Counted from the stretch's first letter, positions 19,382 through 30,109 are shown. The stretch is 64,000 nt of DNA from a virus (IMGVR_UViG_3300033074_000580:223270-287269), one strand, 5' to 3'. Translations and numbers: made by a program. Notes: generated by a model not told the origin, from the letters alone.

Positions 19382-21499
19382 TTAGAACAATAACTTATCA
19401 ATCTCTTTTATTACGTCTTGTGAGGTGATATTTTTAGAACATTCAAACTGTCTATCTGTGTTTTTATGTACTGGACACCAATTCCAATCACTCATATCAA
19501 AATCGTAATTATTCCAACAACTATTACAAACATCTTTATTTATTATTCGACTAATACCCTCGAATGGTTCGGTATATACGTCGGTAAAACCAGATATTAA
19601 AATTGTTGGGGTTCCACATGCCCAAGATACCCAACTTAGTCCACTACTAACACCTATAAAAAGTTCCGATTCTTGTAAAATTTTAATAATATCATCCAAT
19701 GGACCTTCGGGTTGTTTGGTGACACCTATTGGAGTTTTATTCCCCATAAAACCATCCTCTTCTTTGGATAATAATCTAACCTCATACCCTTTATCTAACA
19801 AATAATTGGTAATGTCTTGCCATCCGTTTGGATTATTCCAATACTTACATTGTGCTGTTGAATGTATTCCAATACAAACCCTTTTTTTAACATCCTTACC
19901 TAATTTTTTAAGTTTAGGTCTAACTTCAACATAGTCTAAACCTAAAATATCGGAAGCCATTTTAGTTAATGGTTCTTTCTTAGGGTCGGTTGGGTGAGAT
20001 GTAAAATCTATTCCGTTTCTATTTTCTTTATAGAACATTCCCAACCTATACATTCCATATAAGTTATTCACACTAGTACCTGGTTCAACAAATTGTATTT
20101 TAGGATATTGATTTTGGAATAGTTTATTATGGAAAGTGGAACAAACAACCTCACAGTTATGTTTCTTTCTAAATTCCTCAACATATCCCATATATGCGAT
20201 GTTGTCTCCCAATGATTTTGTTTCAAATGAAATAAGAAATTTTTGTTTCTTTGGGTTGAACTTGTATTCTAATTTATAATCATTATCAAGACCTTTTACT
20301 TTAATAATCCACTCAACATAATATTTTATTGAACATTTTGCCCAATGATTACTCTTCATATTTAACTCATATTCAACCTTATCATTTTTTGGGTTAATAA
20401 ACTCAACGTGATAATTTGAATTGGTGTCGTTCAAAATTTCAATAAATGGACCATCAATAAAATTTAAATTAACTTTGGTGTTCTTTTGGTCTTTGTATAC
20501 TGTTTTTTTCTCGACTTTATTTAATCTTTTTATTTCTTCGTTTAACGTTTCGGAAAATACTTTTACTCCTTGATATAAAACCTCAACAACTCCACCTTCT
20601 ATGTATTTCCCCACACTTTCTAAATGATATTGACCCTTTTGAATATTAAAAAATCTACCAACATTGTTATAACGTATTTCAACTAAATAATCTTTATCCG
20701 CTGGTTTACCATCAAAACCTGATATGAAATGAATGTAGGTATCATCACCATCAAAACCAAGATATGTTTGAAATCTTGCACCATTTCTTAAAATTCCGTT
20801 TCTATTCCATGCAGCAAATAAATTCAATTCCTCATTGTTTGGGATGTATTTGCTCACAAATACGTTATTGGTTATTTTTTTAATTGATTGGAACAATTGT
20901 TTTTCTAATTGCCAAGAATCGGGTTTGTTCTTAAAATATTCTTCTTTTGAATTGATTAAATTCACCATTTCAATTGCAACATCCGTCTTAATTGAGAAAA
21001 TGTATGCAGCACAATATGGATTTTCTTGATTTGTGGAACCTCTGTCGTATTCATATATTACAGCATCGTGATGTCTTATATACTCAAGAAACGATTGTCG
21101 ATACTGTGTTGTGTTTGGTAAATTATCATATTCTAAGAAATGAATATATTTTTTACCTAACTGTTTAACTAAATTAAAAGCGTTCTTTATGGTTAACCAA
21201 ATGGCATAATCATGATGAAATTTATTTCTGTTTACAATTTTATAATCATTAGTATCCGTCCACCTATCACTTTGAATTTCATATAATTCAAAATCTTTTT
21301 CCAACAAAATATCGTTATTACCATCGTAGATATAGTAATCAACCATTTTTTGTACATTTGGATTAACAGGATAGTGACCACACAAAATTATTGGACAATT
21401 AAATTCCTTTAAACTTACTATTAGTTCTTTTAAAGTATTTTCTTTTTCAATTGTGTCTAACCAACAATCGATGACAAATACATCTTCGTTAAATTCCAT
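19382..21499 (-). CDS. Aah/TibC-like (autotransporter O-heptosyltransferase family) protein O-glycosyltransferase with an extra N-terminal GT-A-like domain
   Basis: IKYYVEWIIKV beta-domain motif, SLGDNIAYMGYVEEFRKKHNCEVVC, FIGVSSGLSWVSW...ISGFT and the four-Cys iron site VCNSCWN...WCPVHK...QFECSK. Confidence 0.85.
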   Translation of the reverse strand: MEFNEDVFVIDCWLDTIEKENTLKELIVSLKEFNCPIILCGHYPVNPNVQKMVDYYIYDGNNDILLEKDFELYEIQSDRWTDTNDYKIVNRNKFHHDYAIWLTIKNAFNLVKQLGKKYIHFLEYDNLPNTTQYRQSFLEYIRHHDAVIYEYDRGSTNQENPYCAAYIFSIKTDVAIEMVNLINSKEEYFKNKPDSWQLEKQLFQSIKKITNNVFVSKYIPNNEELNLFAAWNRNGILRNGARFQTYLGFDGDDTYIHFISGFDGKPADKDYLVEIRYNNVGRFFNIQKGQYHLESVGKYIEGGVVEVLYQGVKVFSETLNEEIKRLNKVEKKTVYKDQKNTKVNLNFIDGPFIEILNDTNSNYHVEFINPKNDKVEYELNMKSNHWAKCSIKYYVEWIIKVKGLDNDYKLEYKFNPKKQKFLISFETKSLGDNIAYMGYVEEFRKKHNCEVVCSTFHNKLFQNQYPKIQFVEPGTSVNNLYGMYRLGMFYKENRNGIDFTSHPTDPKKEPLTKMASDILGLDYVEVRPKLKKLGKDVKKRVCIGIHSTAQCKYWNNPNGWQDITNYLLDKGYEVRLLSKEEDGFMGNKTPIGVTKQPEGPLDDIIKILQESELFIGVSSGLSWVSWACGTPTILISGFTDVYTEPFEGISRIINKDVCNSCWNNYDFDMSDWNWCPVHKNTDRQFECSKNITSQDVIKEIDKLLF

Positions 21500-22155
21500 T
21501 ATCTTTTTGTTATTATTATAATTCCATTAAGGAAGTTTATAGATTCAATATCAATTCTACACATTGAAACATTATGTGAATTCTCGATTAACCAATCTTC
21601 TCTTCTTGCATGTACGTTTGGTTTATTATAATTCATTAAGCCTCTAAAGTTAACATCGTCAACAAGAGACTTAAAGTTTTCAATACTTGTATCAGGTTTT
21701 AAATAACCTCCTTCATATTCAGGCCAATATGCGGTACCGCAATCCTCCACAACATATATTCCACCAGATTTCACATGGTCAAATAAACATTCAAATGAAA
21801 AATTAACATGTGAATTCATATGCGAACCATCATCGATAATTAAATCAAATGGACCATACATTTTTGAAATGTTTGATAGGAAATTCGCATCGTATTGTGA
21901 ACCTATTTCAACCCTTATGTTTTCTTCTTCGTATTGTTTACAATCGGGGTTAATATCAATACCTAAAATCTTCGAACGATAGAAATAATCTTTCCACGTT
22001 TTTAATGATTTTCCATTTAAAACCCCAATTTCTAATATGTTTAATTCATCATATCTATTAAATGGTAGATATTTTTCATATTTAACACAATAGTTGTGTA
22101 TTTCAGAACTCTTATCTGTTCCGTGTTGTTTTGCAATTCTGTCTAAATTACTCAT
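21499..22155 (-). CDS. Class I SAM methyltransferase (sugar O-methyltransferase-like)
   Basis: LEIGVLNGKSL, GSQYD, FDLIIDDGSH and GGIYVVED. Confidence 0.85.
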   Translation of the reverse strand: MSNLDRIAKQHGTDKSSEIHNYCVKYEKYLPFNRYDELNILEIGVLNGKSLKTWKDYFYRSKILGIDINPDCKQYEEENIRVEIGSQYDANFLSNISKMYGPFDLIIDDGSHMNSHVNFSFECLFDHVKSGGIYVVEDCGTAYWPEYEGGYLKPDTSIENFKSLVDDVNFRGLMNYNKPNVHARREDWLIENSHNVSMCRIDIESINFLNGIIIITKR

Positions 22156-24872
22156 CTTGTAAAGTATATCATTTGTAGATTATCATTCCCACCCATAAAC
22201 ATTAGGTAAGAATTAAATCCGAGTTTATTCATCCTATCAATTAAATCCTGTCTTAAAATTTCATCATAATTAAAATGACTATGGTGATATTCCATAGAGA
22301 TGGTTTTAACTTTCATTAAATTCTCGTTACTAATTCCATTCAATGCATGAATCTCCGCACCTTCAATATCAACTTTAAGAAAATCAATTTTATCAACTAA
22401 TCCAGTCTCAAAAAGATAATTTAACGTATATGTTTGAACTTTATATTTTTTAGCACCTTCTTGTGTATAAAATAAATTAGAACCTCCCAAATGTGTGCTT
22501 TCATGTAATGTCATCTCACCCATTTCGTTTGATGCCGCCGCGTTAAACAAAACAGAACGTGGGTCAGCATTTAATGAAAGTAATTTGAAATAACGTCTAT
22601 CAGGTTCAAAGGATATAACTCTACTTGCACCTTGACTATATGCCCATCTATTAAAGACTCCAATGTTACCCCCCAAATCAACAACCACATCACCTTCGTT
22701 TATTGTTCTTTCTCTATTTTTATAATAATCTCTTAAATTGTAGATTTCATGAAATATGGCTGGAGCCCACCCAAATTTTTCCGCCACTTCCATTGTCGAA
22801 CCCTCATATTCAGTTAATGATTCAAAGTTATCTAATTTATAAACGCCAGTATAAAAACATTTTGATTTATAAAATGAATTATCTCTTTTCATTTTAATAA
22901 ATTCAATCATCTTATCTGATATGTCCGCGTTTTTGTTACCGTGAAAATATATTATGTTTGATTTATCCTGAGGAATAGATTGGTATCCAAATATTCTATC
23001 AAAATTTTGTGGACCATCTTCATTCCAAAACTTATAGAAATGGTGTAGGGTTTCATTTGTGTTACCTAAATCTCCATCATAACCAGACGTGTCGAAATTT
23101 GAAAGTGGTAAATGATTTGTATAATCAAGAGTCCATCTCAATCCGTTATCAATACCTTCATCATTCCATAAAAAATATTTTCCATATTCTTCAGGATTTT
23201 CTTTCATCAAAGTTCTATATTCAGTTAATATCTGATAAAAAAATGATTTTGAACCATCATTGTAAATGTAGAAACAGATGTGCATGTATGGTTGTTTTTT
23301 ATCAACCTTCCATTTTTTTGCCAACTCTTCATTAAATAATTGTGACTTGTCGTCATCATAGATTCCAAAAAATTCTTCTTGGACATGTATATCGGATAAC
23401 GGATATCTTCCTACTTGATTAAAATATTTTTTTACATCATCGATGTTATAATTTACAACAACATCCCCATCAATCCATATGTAATAATCAAATCCTTCAT
23501 TTAGAGATTCAATACATGCATATTGTTTCCAATACCATTTATCGTGTTCTGAAATTTTTGGTGGTGTTATTTTTCTTTTGATTACATTTGGATAATCAAA
23601 TGGTACATCGCAATCAACTCCGTAAACAATTATCTTTTGATTTGAAAACTCTAATAACGATTGTACTAACTTTTCAATCACCGGCATGTAACCAATGTTT
23701 CCCGTTGTAACAAATGCAAATGATTTAATTCTTGATTCTAATATTTTAGATGCATTTTGTGCAATTGTATCCCAATTAAAATTTTTATGTATTTCTTTTG
23801 ACTCTTCTCTCGACTTTATTAAAATTGCAGTATAGTAATTGTAGGACTCCATCATTTTAGATGCTAAGTCTTGGAAATTTGGTTCACAATATTCACCAAC
23901 AACATCTCTATCCCCAATATTTGCTTGTCTCATATGGGATATTGATACCGCAATACCTTTATTTTGTGCAAATTGTAATTGACCACCATATTCGGAATAA
24001 ATTGATGGTGTTCCACAAGCCATGGCCTCAATTAAAGGCAAATTCCAACCCTCACTTCTGGCACATGACACAAACACATCACCTTCTTGTAGATATTTCA
24101 CATATTCTTCCCTACTTGGAAATTCAATATATTTGACGTTTTTATAAAGTAGTTTGTGTTTATTTACTCTTTCTTCTGTTGAGTTCATTCCGTCTGATGC
24201 ATATGGATTTTCAACAGAGGCTATCAACTCAACATCGTCATAATCTTTGAATGTTTCACCAAATGTTCGTATAATTTCCGTTGTTGATTTTCTATAATCC
24301 CATCTACCAAATAATAAAAATCTAAATTTATCTTTCTTTGGGAATTTTTCAATTGGTTTAAATGTTTCAACATCAACACCTTCAGGAACAATACTTATTT
24401 TTTCTTTAGGATATCCTTGTTCAATTAAAGAATCATATTGCCATTGAGTAGGTACCCACACTTCATCGAAATAATGTAATCTTTGGAAGAATTTATCGGG
24501 ATAACGAGTTGATTCCCATACGTTATATGCTATCTTATAACCCTCGTAATTTTCGTAGAAATATTCATTGTCCATTTCAACCAACACAATATGAATATCA
24601 GGTACATAATTACCGTCATAATTGTATAATGGAAAATCGGTGGTTGTATTATCGGTGTTAATCAACGTTTGTTGATATAACATGTTTTTCATTTCTTCGG
24701 TAATGTATGGTTCGTCGTCATGAGCATTTAGTCTATACCCTTTCCATCCACTACCAATTGTTAAATTTCTAACTTTTACCGTATGGTATTTGTTCAATGC
24801 AGTAAAAAAAGACCTTGCATGGTTAGCATATCCCGTGGTCCCAATAAATGATGTGTGTGCAAGTATTTTCAT
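22152..24872 (-). CDS. Three-domain fusion: GT4 glycosyltransferase + GT-A-like domain + FkbM methyltransferase
   Basis: N-terminal GTTGYA...EGWNLPLIEAMACG; central YYIWIDGD; C-terminal VVDLGGNIG...FLKVDIEGAE. Confidence 0.85.
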   Translation of the reverse strand: MKILAHTSFIGTTGYANHARSFFTALNKYHTVKVRNLTIGSGWKGYRLNAHDDEPYITEEMKNMLYQQTLINTDNTTTDFPLYNYDGNYVPDIHIVLVEMDNEYFYENYEGYKIAYNVWESTRYPDKFFQRLHYFDEVWVPTQWQYDSLIEQGYPKEKISIVPEGVDVETFKPIEKFPKKDKFRFLLFGRWDYRKSTTEIIRTFGETFKDYDDVELIASVENPYASDGMNSTEERVNKHKLLYKNVKYIEFPSREEYVKYLQEGDVFVSCARSEGWNLPLIEAMACGTPSIYSEYGGQLQFAQNKGIAVSISHMRQANIGDRDVVGEYCEPNFQDLASKMMESYNYYTAILIKSREESKEIHKNFNWDTIAQNASKILESRIKSFAFVTTGNIGYMPVIEKLVQSLLEFSNQKIIVYGVDCDVPFDYPNVIKRKITPPKISEHDKWYWKQYACIESLNEGFDYYIWIDGDVVVNYNIDDVKKYFNQVGRYPLSDIHVQEEFFGIYDDDKSQLFNEELAKKWKVDKKQPYMHICFYIYNDGSKSFFYQILTEYRTLMKENPEEYGKYFLWNDEGIDNGLRWTLDYTNHLPLSNFDTSGYDGDLGNTNETLHHFYKFWNEDGPQNFDRIFGYQSIPQDKSNIIYFHGNKNADISDKMIEFIKMKRDNSFYKSKCFYTGVYKLDNFESLTEYEGSTMEVAEKFGWAPAIFHEIYNLRDYYKNRERTINEGDVVVDLGGNIGVFNRWAYSQGASRVISFEPDRRYFKLLSLNADPRSVLFNAAASNEMGEMTLHESTHLGGSNLFYTQEGAKKYKVQTYTLNYLFETGLVDKIDFLKVDIEGAEIHALNGISNENLMKVKTISMEYHHSHFNYDEILRQDLIDRMNKLGFNSYLMFMGGNDNLQMIYFTR

Positions 24873-24879
24873 TATGTAA

Positions 24880-24908
24880 AATATATGAAAAATACTTCAA
24901 ATTAACAA
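24880..24908 (-). promoter_or_regulatory. Sigma70-like promoter TTGTTA-N17-TATATT upstream of the 906-aa gene
   Basis: 17-bp spacer, 7 nt before the ATG. Confidence 0.45.
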
Positions 24909-25952
24909 CTATATGAGGTTTTTATTTGCAACAATAAACTCGTGGAAATTATGATATACTTGAGGGTCTCCGTGTATTTTAATCACTTCTTTTATAAATT
25001 CAGAATGTTCTGGATGATTCGGGTCCCATATTTTTTCTTTTAAAAATTCTTCCTCTGTGAATGTCCCCCAATTATTTATCTTTACAAACAACACCAAAAG
25101 TTTTTTACCGAATATATCTTTCATTATGTCAACAAACATTCTCATTTCTTTATAGTTCTTTTGTTGGGTTACAAAGGATAACTTTACCAATTTTAAAGAT
25201 TTTATTGTACTTATGAATTTTAAATTTTCAATTAACCTATCCCACTTACCGTTTAATCTAACTTTGGTTTCATATGTTTCTTTTGTTGCAGCATCAATAC
25301 TAATTTCACAGGAACCAACATAATTGTGGACATTTGGCATCGTTTCCCACATTTCTTTGGACCAATTAGATGCGTTGGTGTGGAAATGGATATTTTTTAA
25401 TTTAGGGAATTTTAGTGGGTCAAAATTTCGTAGAAAGTTTCTATATGAAACCGATGCAAAGGGGTCTCCACTAGCACTTAAATATAATTCTTCAACATCA
25501 TTACCAAACACATTTTCAATATCACTAATCGTATTTTTAACCTCTTCGATTTTTTCTTTATCTGCAGTATAAACAGATTTTCTACATGATGGACATTTGT
25601 AATTGCAAGTTCTATCAAAATCGAAATCAATCCTACTAGGACTTTTTTCTGAAAAGAAATTCTCAGGTAACTTTGATTTATGTATGATTGGACCTTTATC
25701 ATCTACTTCATTGTATCTAAGTAGGTGACTCAAATATGGACATTGTTCGGTGTCGCAGAATTTATAAGAGCCATCGGTTACGGATTCTCTGATTTGTTTT
25801 GCAATATCCGAATTCCAAATATCCTCAACCTTAGTATCTACCGGTATGTATTTTAATAACCATTCAGGAACACACAAAGCATGGAAATACTCATGCATTT
25901 CCAATATTTTAAATGGATTTAAACATATATAATTTTTTAAATCTGGTTTCAT
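24909..25952 (-). CDS. Radical SAM enzyme with N-terminal SPASM/twitch-like Cys region (subgroup A)
   Basis: CNYKCPSC, SGDPFAS, IHFHTNA and N-terminal CLNPF...GSYKFC...CP. Confidence 0.9.
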   Translation of the reverse strand: MKPDLKNYICLNPFKILEMHEYFHALCVPEWLLKYIPVDTKVEDIWNSDIAKQIRESVTDGSYKFCDTEQCPYLSHLLRYNEVDDKGPIIHKSKLPENFFSEKSPSRIDFDFDRTCNYKCPSCRKSVYTADKEKIEEVKNTISDIENVFGNDVEELYLSASGDPFASVSYRNFLRNFDPLKFPKLKNIHFHTNASNWSKEMWETMPNVHNYVGSCEISIDAATKETYETKVRLNGKWDRLIENLKFISTIKSLKLVKLSFVTQQKNYKEMRMFVDIMKDIFGKKLLVLFVKINNWGTFTEEEFLKEKIWDPNHPEHSEFIKEVIKIHGDPQVYHNFHEFIVANKNLI

Positions 25953-26434
25953 ATAATGTTCTTATTTACCAATCTAAACCAAGTTATTAAACTATATCTT
26001 TCACCCTCAATAACAGGTAAAACCCTATGTAATATTTTCTTATCCATCATGACAGATAAGTTTGGTTGTGGTTTTAATATTTTAATTTCATTATTTATGA
26101 CATATTCAAATTCTCCACCAATATAATCATCATTTATATAAGTAACGATGGTTAAATCACTCTCATCTCTATGATATGAATCATTTTGGTTTGTTTTTTC
26201 GGTAATTTTATTTATAAAAATTCCATTATGTTGAATGTGGTAATCTATTCCAACAACGTCTAACATCTTCATTTTAAATTCATCTAAATTAGTATCGTCA
26301 TATAGATGCATACTATTATAAAACCAATTTAAACCATCAGGGATTGTTTTGTTGTTTTTAACAAATGATTTACATTTAGTTAAAATGTATTCCATTTCAT
26401 TATCATCCAATAAATTAGAAAATGTTTTTATCAT
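25949..26434 (-). CDS. 2OG-Fe(II) oxygenase (prolyl-4-hydroxylase-like)
   Basis: YHRD, YINDDYIGGEF and HRVLPVIEGERYSLITW. Confidence 0.85.
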   Translation of the reverse strand: MIKTFSNLLDDNEMEYILTKCKSFVKNNKTIPDGLNWFYNSMHLYDDTNLDEFKMKMLDVVGIDYHIQHNGIFINKITEKTNQNDSYHRDESDLTIVTYINDDYIGGEFEYVINNEIKILKPQPNLSVMMDKKILHRVLPVIEGERYSLITWFRLVNKNII

Positions 26435-26984
26435 TTATTTTTTTAAGTGGATTTAGACTTATGTTGCCAGCAATTAAAATTCTATCCTTGCTGAAATTAT
26501 GTATCGTTCTTGGTGTATGTAATAAATCTGGTGGAAAAATATATATGTCTCCTTCCTCCGGTAAAAATTCATGTTCTATGTTGTCTTCCGTTTTAAATGA
26601 AATTTTACCATCACTATCAGGTACTTGTATATAGAAACAAAATGTCCAATCGGTTTTTATTCTTGAATCTCCGTCAATTAAATCTATATGTGTATGATAT
26701 AATTCAACCTCTGAATTATTGTTAACTATATACACCCAATTTTGAATCGCATGTTCTCTACTTCTCTTATTTTCTATCTTCTCACATGATTGAATAACTA
26801 TATTATTTAATAATTCTAATTCGGTACAATTAAATGGGATATAGAAAAAATGGTTTCTATCAGTTTTATGTGTTTTTTTTAATTCAATTACTTGATATGC
26901 TCTTTCAACATACCCCTTCATTAACGGGGTATTGAATTTTATCTTATATATTGAATATTTTTTACTTAAAACAATTTTTTCCAT
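26415..26984 (-). CDS. 2OG-Fe(II) oxygenase-like protein
   Basis: YHTH, FCFYIQVP, IFPPDLLHTP and RILIAGNI. Confidence 0.75.
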   Translation of the reverse strand: MEKIVLSKKYSIYKIKFNTPLMKGYVERAYQVIELKKTHKTDRNHFFYIPFNCTELELLNNIVIQSCEKIENKRSREHAIQNWVYIVNNNSEVELYHTHIDLIDGDSRIKTDWTFCFYIQVPDSDGKISFKTEDNIEHEFLPEEGDIYIFPPDLLHTPRTIHNFSKDRILIAGNISLNPLKKINDKNIF

Positions 26985-28027
26985 TATATGATGTTTTTTT
27001 CTTTTTTTAAATGTTTTAAAACAATGTCATGCATATTATGAAAAGAATTATGTTTCTTGTCAATTTTTAGTAGTTGTAATAAAAATAAATTAAACATTGG
27101 GTGGTCCTCTTTGAATACTTCCTTTTCTTTAAATTCTTCTTCTGTGAATGTTCCCCAATTATCAATTCTTTTAAAATAAATTCTTGCTTTATTTTTGAAT
27201 ATTTCAGACATCAAATTATAGAATTCTTCCATTTCCATAAAGTTAGTGTCCTGTACAATCATAGATATTCTTTTCTCACCTATTGGTAAGGTTGATATGA
27301 ATTTAAGGTTTTCTATAAGAGTATCCCAATTACCTCCCCTTCTAACAATCTCATATGTGTCTTTTGTTGCGGCATCAATACTAATTTCAATGATTCTTAT
27401 CATTGAATGTATTTTACTCATTTTATTCCACATATCTTGATTTAATAAAATAGCGTTAGTGTGTAAATGGATGTCATTTACATTTGGGTATTTTGTTCTA
27501 TCAAATTGAGTTAATAATTTACGAAATGATTTCGAAGCAAATGGGTCTGCAGTACCAGATAGATATAGTCCCTTTAGTTTCTCACCATATGTGGATTCAA
27601 TTTCTTTTATTGTTACATCAATCTCGCTAATTTCTTCCGAATTTGCCATTATTGATTCCTTCCTACAACTTGGACACGAAAGATTACAACTCCTATCAAA
27701 TGAATAGTTTATTATCTTTGGATTACTATAATCGTTTTTTGAAAACTCTTCTTTAGTAATAAAAAACCCTCTATCTACCGTACCTTGATTTACTAACTCA
27801 GATAATACTGGGCAAAGTTCTTCGACACAATGTGAATATGACCCGTCTAATATGGATTCCTGTACCTCTTTTAAAGTATCACTCTCCCATACTGTTGACA
27901 CATCTTTAATATCACTAAGTTTTGTTGGTAACCATGCGGGACAACAACTATAAACCCCCATATGATGGACCTCCATATATTCAAAGGGAACTTTACATAT
28001 ATAATGTTTTCTTAAATCTAACTTCAT
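26984..28027 (-). CDS. Radical SAM enzyme with N-terminal SPASM/twitch-like region (subgroup A)
   Basis: CNLSCPSC, ADPFAS, IHLHTNA and SCCPAWLP. Confidence 0.9.
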   Translation of the reverse strand: MKLDLRKHYICKVPFEYMEVHHMGVYSCCPAWLPTKLSDIKDVSTVWESDTLKEVQESILDGSYSHCVEELCPVLSELVNQGTVDRGFFITKEEFSKNDYSNPKIINYSFDRSCNLSCPSCRKESIMANSEEISEIDVTIKEIESTYGEKLKGLYLSGTADPFASKSFRKLLTQFDRTKYPNVNDIHLHTNAILLNQDMWNKMSKIHSMIRIIEISIDAATKDTYEIVRRGGNWDTLIENLKFISTLPIGEKRISMIVQDTNFMEMEEFYNLMSEIFKNKARIYFKRIDNWGTFTEEEFKEKEVFKEDHPMFNLFLLQLLKIDKKHNSFHNMHDIVLKHLKKEKNII

Positions 28028-28785
28028 TAAATTAAAATTTTATTTTCAACACTTATTATGTAATCCCTTGGGACAATTGGGTTATTGTATTTTAATGCTC
28101 CGCAGTGATGTTTATATGAATTACCAGTTGCACCTAAATGTGGGGTTAAATAACTTCTACTTAAGTTCAAATGATTTGCACACAAGGTTACCAAATATTG
28201 TCCTCCCACCATTGTTGCAACATCCACATCAACCTCATTTGTTTTTATAATTTCATTTAAGAAATTGTTGTATTTTTTCCATTGGTCGACGTAAAACTTT
28301 CTATCTGAATCATTTTTAAAATAAAGAATCCCACATGAGAATACGGGTTTTCTTTTATCACACCAAACATCAATTATTTTGTCAATATCTAATTTTGTAA
28401 ATTGATTTATTACAGGTTCATACTCATCTTTCCAATTTGCAACCTCATATGTGTCAAACATTACGTCGTCATTCATGGGTGGTAATTTGGAGTGTAGAAT
28501 TACATCTCCATCAATTAAAACAAAATCATCGTCTCTTTCTTCACACGCTTTTATCTTATAACAATCCCATTGTATTGAATTTTCGTAGTGGTCGTAAATG
28601 TGTATTTCGTCAACAATTTTTTCAAAGTATTTTGCAGAAAATGAATCGGTATAAATTACACAATAATATCCCAATCGTTTTGCCGATTGGATGGACAATA
28701 TGTAATAATTGATTAGTATTCTTTTTCTCTCCTCGGTTTTATTGCCAACTTTGGCTAAAATATTATATGTCCAAACTAATTTCAT
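28027..28785 (-). CDS. Hypothetical protein, possible GT-A fold
   Basis: FVLIDGDVILH DxD-like motif. Confidence 0.4.
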   Translation of the reverse strand: MKLVWTYNILAKVGNKTEERKRILINYYILSIQSAKRLGYYCVIYTDSFSAKYFEKIVDEIHIYDHYENSIQWDCYKIKACEERDDDFVLIDGDVILHSKLPPMNDDVMFDTYEVANWKDEYEPVINQFTKLDIDKIIDVWCDKRKPVFSCGILYFKNDSDRKFYVDQWKKYNNFLNEIIKTNEVDVDVATMVGGQYLVTLCANHLNLSRSYLTPHLGATGNSYKHHCGALKYNNPIVPRDYIISVENKILI

Positions 28786-29483
28786 AGTATCGTTTTAGAT
28801 GGTGGTTGAACCGAATCATAATGTACGATTGCATTAAAAAACGGTTGTAACTCAGTAAAATATAACGAAATTCCAGTTAAATTACAAGCTAATGATATAA
28901 TGAGACTTTCAACCGCACCATTTAAATTTTTACCATGTCTATCTTTAGGTTGTCTATTTATGGTTCTGTTGTTTATTGATTCCCAATTAGATATGAATTC
29001 TTTTCTTTTATTTTCATCTCTAATTTTTAAAACAAAGACATATTCATCAAAAAAACCGATGTTAGATTCGTTAGCACCACATTCTGTTAACGCCGTTCCA
29101 TATTGATTTAAATCATCAAACGGTGTTGAGCTTTTTAATATTTGATTTATAGATATTTTATATCCTCTGATGAATTGTAAACCACCAAACCACTTTACAT
29201 ATAATCCATCTTCAATGTTTTCGAATTGGTTGTGGTCAATATTTGTTTTTAAATCAATATCTGTGTCAAAACATATTACCGTGTCGTGTTTTTTAAATGC
29301 CTCAAGTATTGGAATTCTTTTTTTGTTAAAATTAAACGTAGTTTTATCCACAATTGAGTTATCCGTTACAAATGTTTCATCATCCGTTAATACGTAAAAT
29401 TCTGTATTGATTTTACTTATCAAATTTTTACATTCATTAACGTGTTCTTTACCGTATGCAATTGAACAAACCCCAACACTCAT
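28782..29483 (-). CDS. Hypothetical protein, possible GT-A fold
   Basis: VICFDTDID DxD-like motif; similar layout to 48493-49221. Confidence 0.4.
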   Translation of the reverse strand: MSVGVCSIAYGKEHVNECKNLISKINTEFYVLTDDETFVTDNSIVDKTTFNFNKKRIPILEAFKKHDTVICFDTDIDLKTNIDHNQFENIEDGLYVKWFGGLQFIRGYKISINQILKSSTPFDDLNQYGTALTECGANESNIGFFDEYVFVLKIRDENKRKEFISNWESINNRTINRQPKDRHGKNLNGAVESLIISLACNLTGISLYFTELQPFFNAIVHYDSVQPPSKTIL

Positions 29484-30109
29484 ATAAAATTTATTTTATT
29501 AGTATTTAAATCTTTTAAAAGTAACTCACTTAAATCTTTATGTCCATTTTCACTTATGTGTATATCGTGAATTTCTCCATTGGTTTCGGTTTCAATTCTT
29601 TCCAATAAATGATAACTGTTGAATTCCTCAAATGGTGACCAAAATAGTAATTTGTTTTTATTTAAAACTTGTTTTATAATTAACTCCCAAGTTTTGATTT
29701 CTTCTAAATATTTTGGGTTCATTCTATTTACAAAAATTTCAGTTATCGTTTGTTTAGATATGTTTTCAAATTGATTGAGTTTTTTTAAATAATCATCATT
29801 ACCGTAATAAAATTCAACCCATTCGTTTTTGTCGTTTACAAGCCTAAAACGAATAACGTTTGTCCATTGAACAATAACAACATCATCTTCTTTTATTTTT
29901 TTAAAAGTCTCACATATTTTTTGAAAAATAAATTGATTGTTTGTCCCTGATTTGGAGTAATTTATTAAATTAAGATTTAATTTATCACTTATCAATTCAC
30001 CATAAGTTTTTGGTATGTATCCTTTCCATTTAACATAATTTATTGCCCAATGAGCTTTAGTGTTAAAAGATTCACTATTACTACAACCATAAACAAAAAG
30101 ATTTGGCAT
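29480..30109 (-). CDS. SGNH/GDSL-hydrolase-like protein
   Basis: VYGCSN block I, SGTNN and DIHISENGH block V. Confidence 0.65.
   Translation of the reverse strand: MPNLFVYGCSNSESFNTKAHWAINYVKWKGYIPKTYGELISDKLNLNLINYSKSGTNNQFIFQKICETFKKIKEDDVVIVQWTNVIRFRLVNDKNEWVEFYYGNDDYLKKLNQFENISKQTITEIFVNRMNPKYLEEIKTWELIIKQVLNKNKLLFWSPFEEFNSYHLLERIETETNGEIHDIHISENGHKDLSELLLKDLNTNKINFI

Noticed and set aside
28027-29483. Sulfotransferase partner for CysC among the unknown ORFs
   Set aside because: No PSB-loop (e.g. PRSGT/KxGT) motif was seen; DxD motifs fit GT-A folds better.
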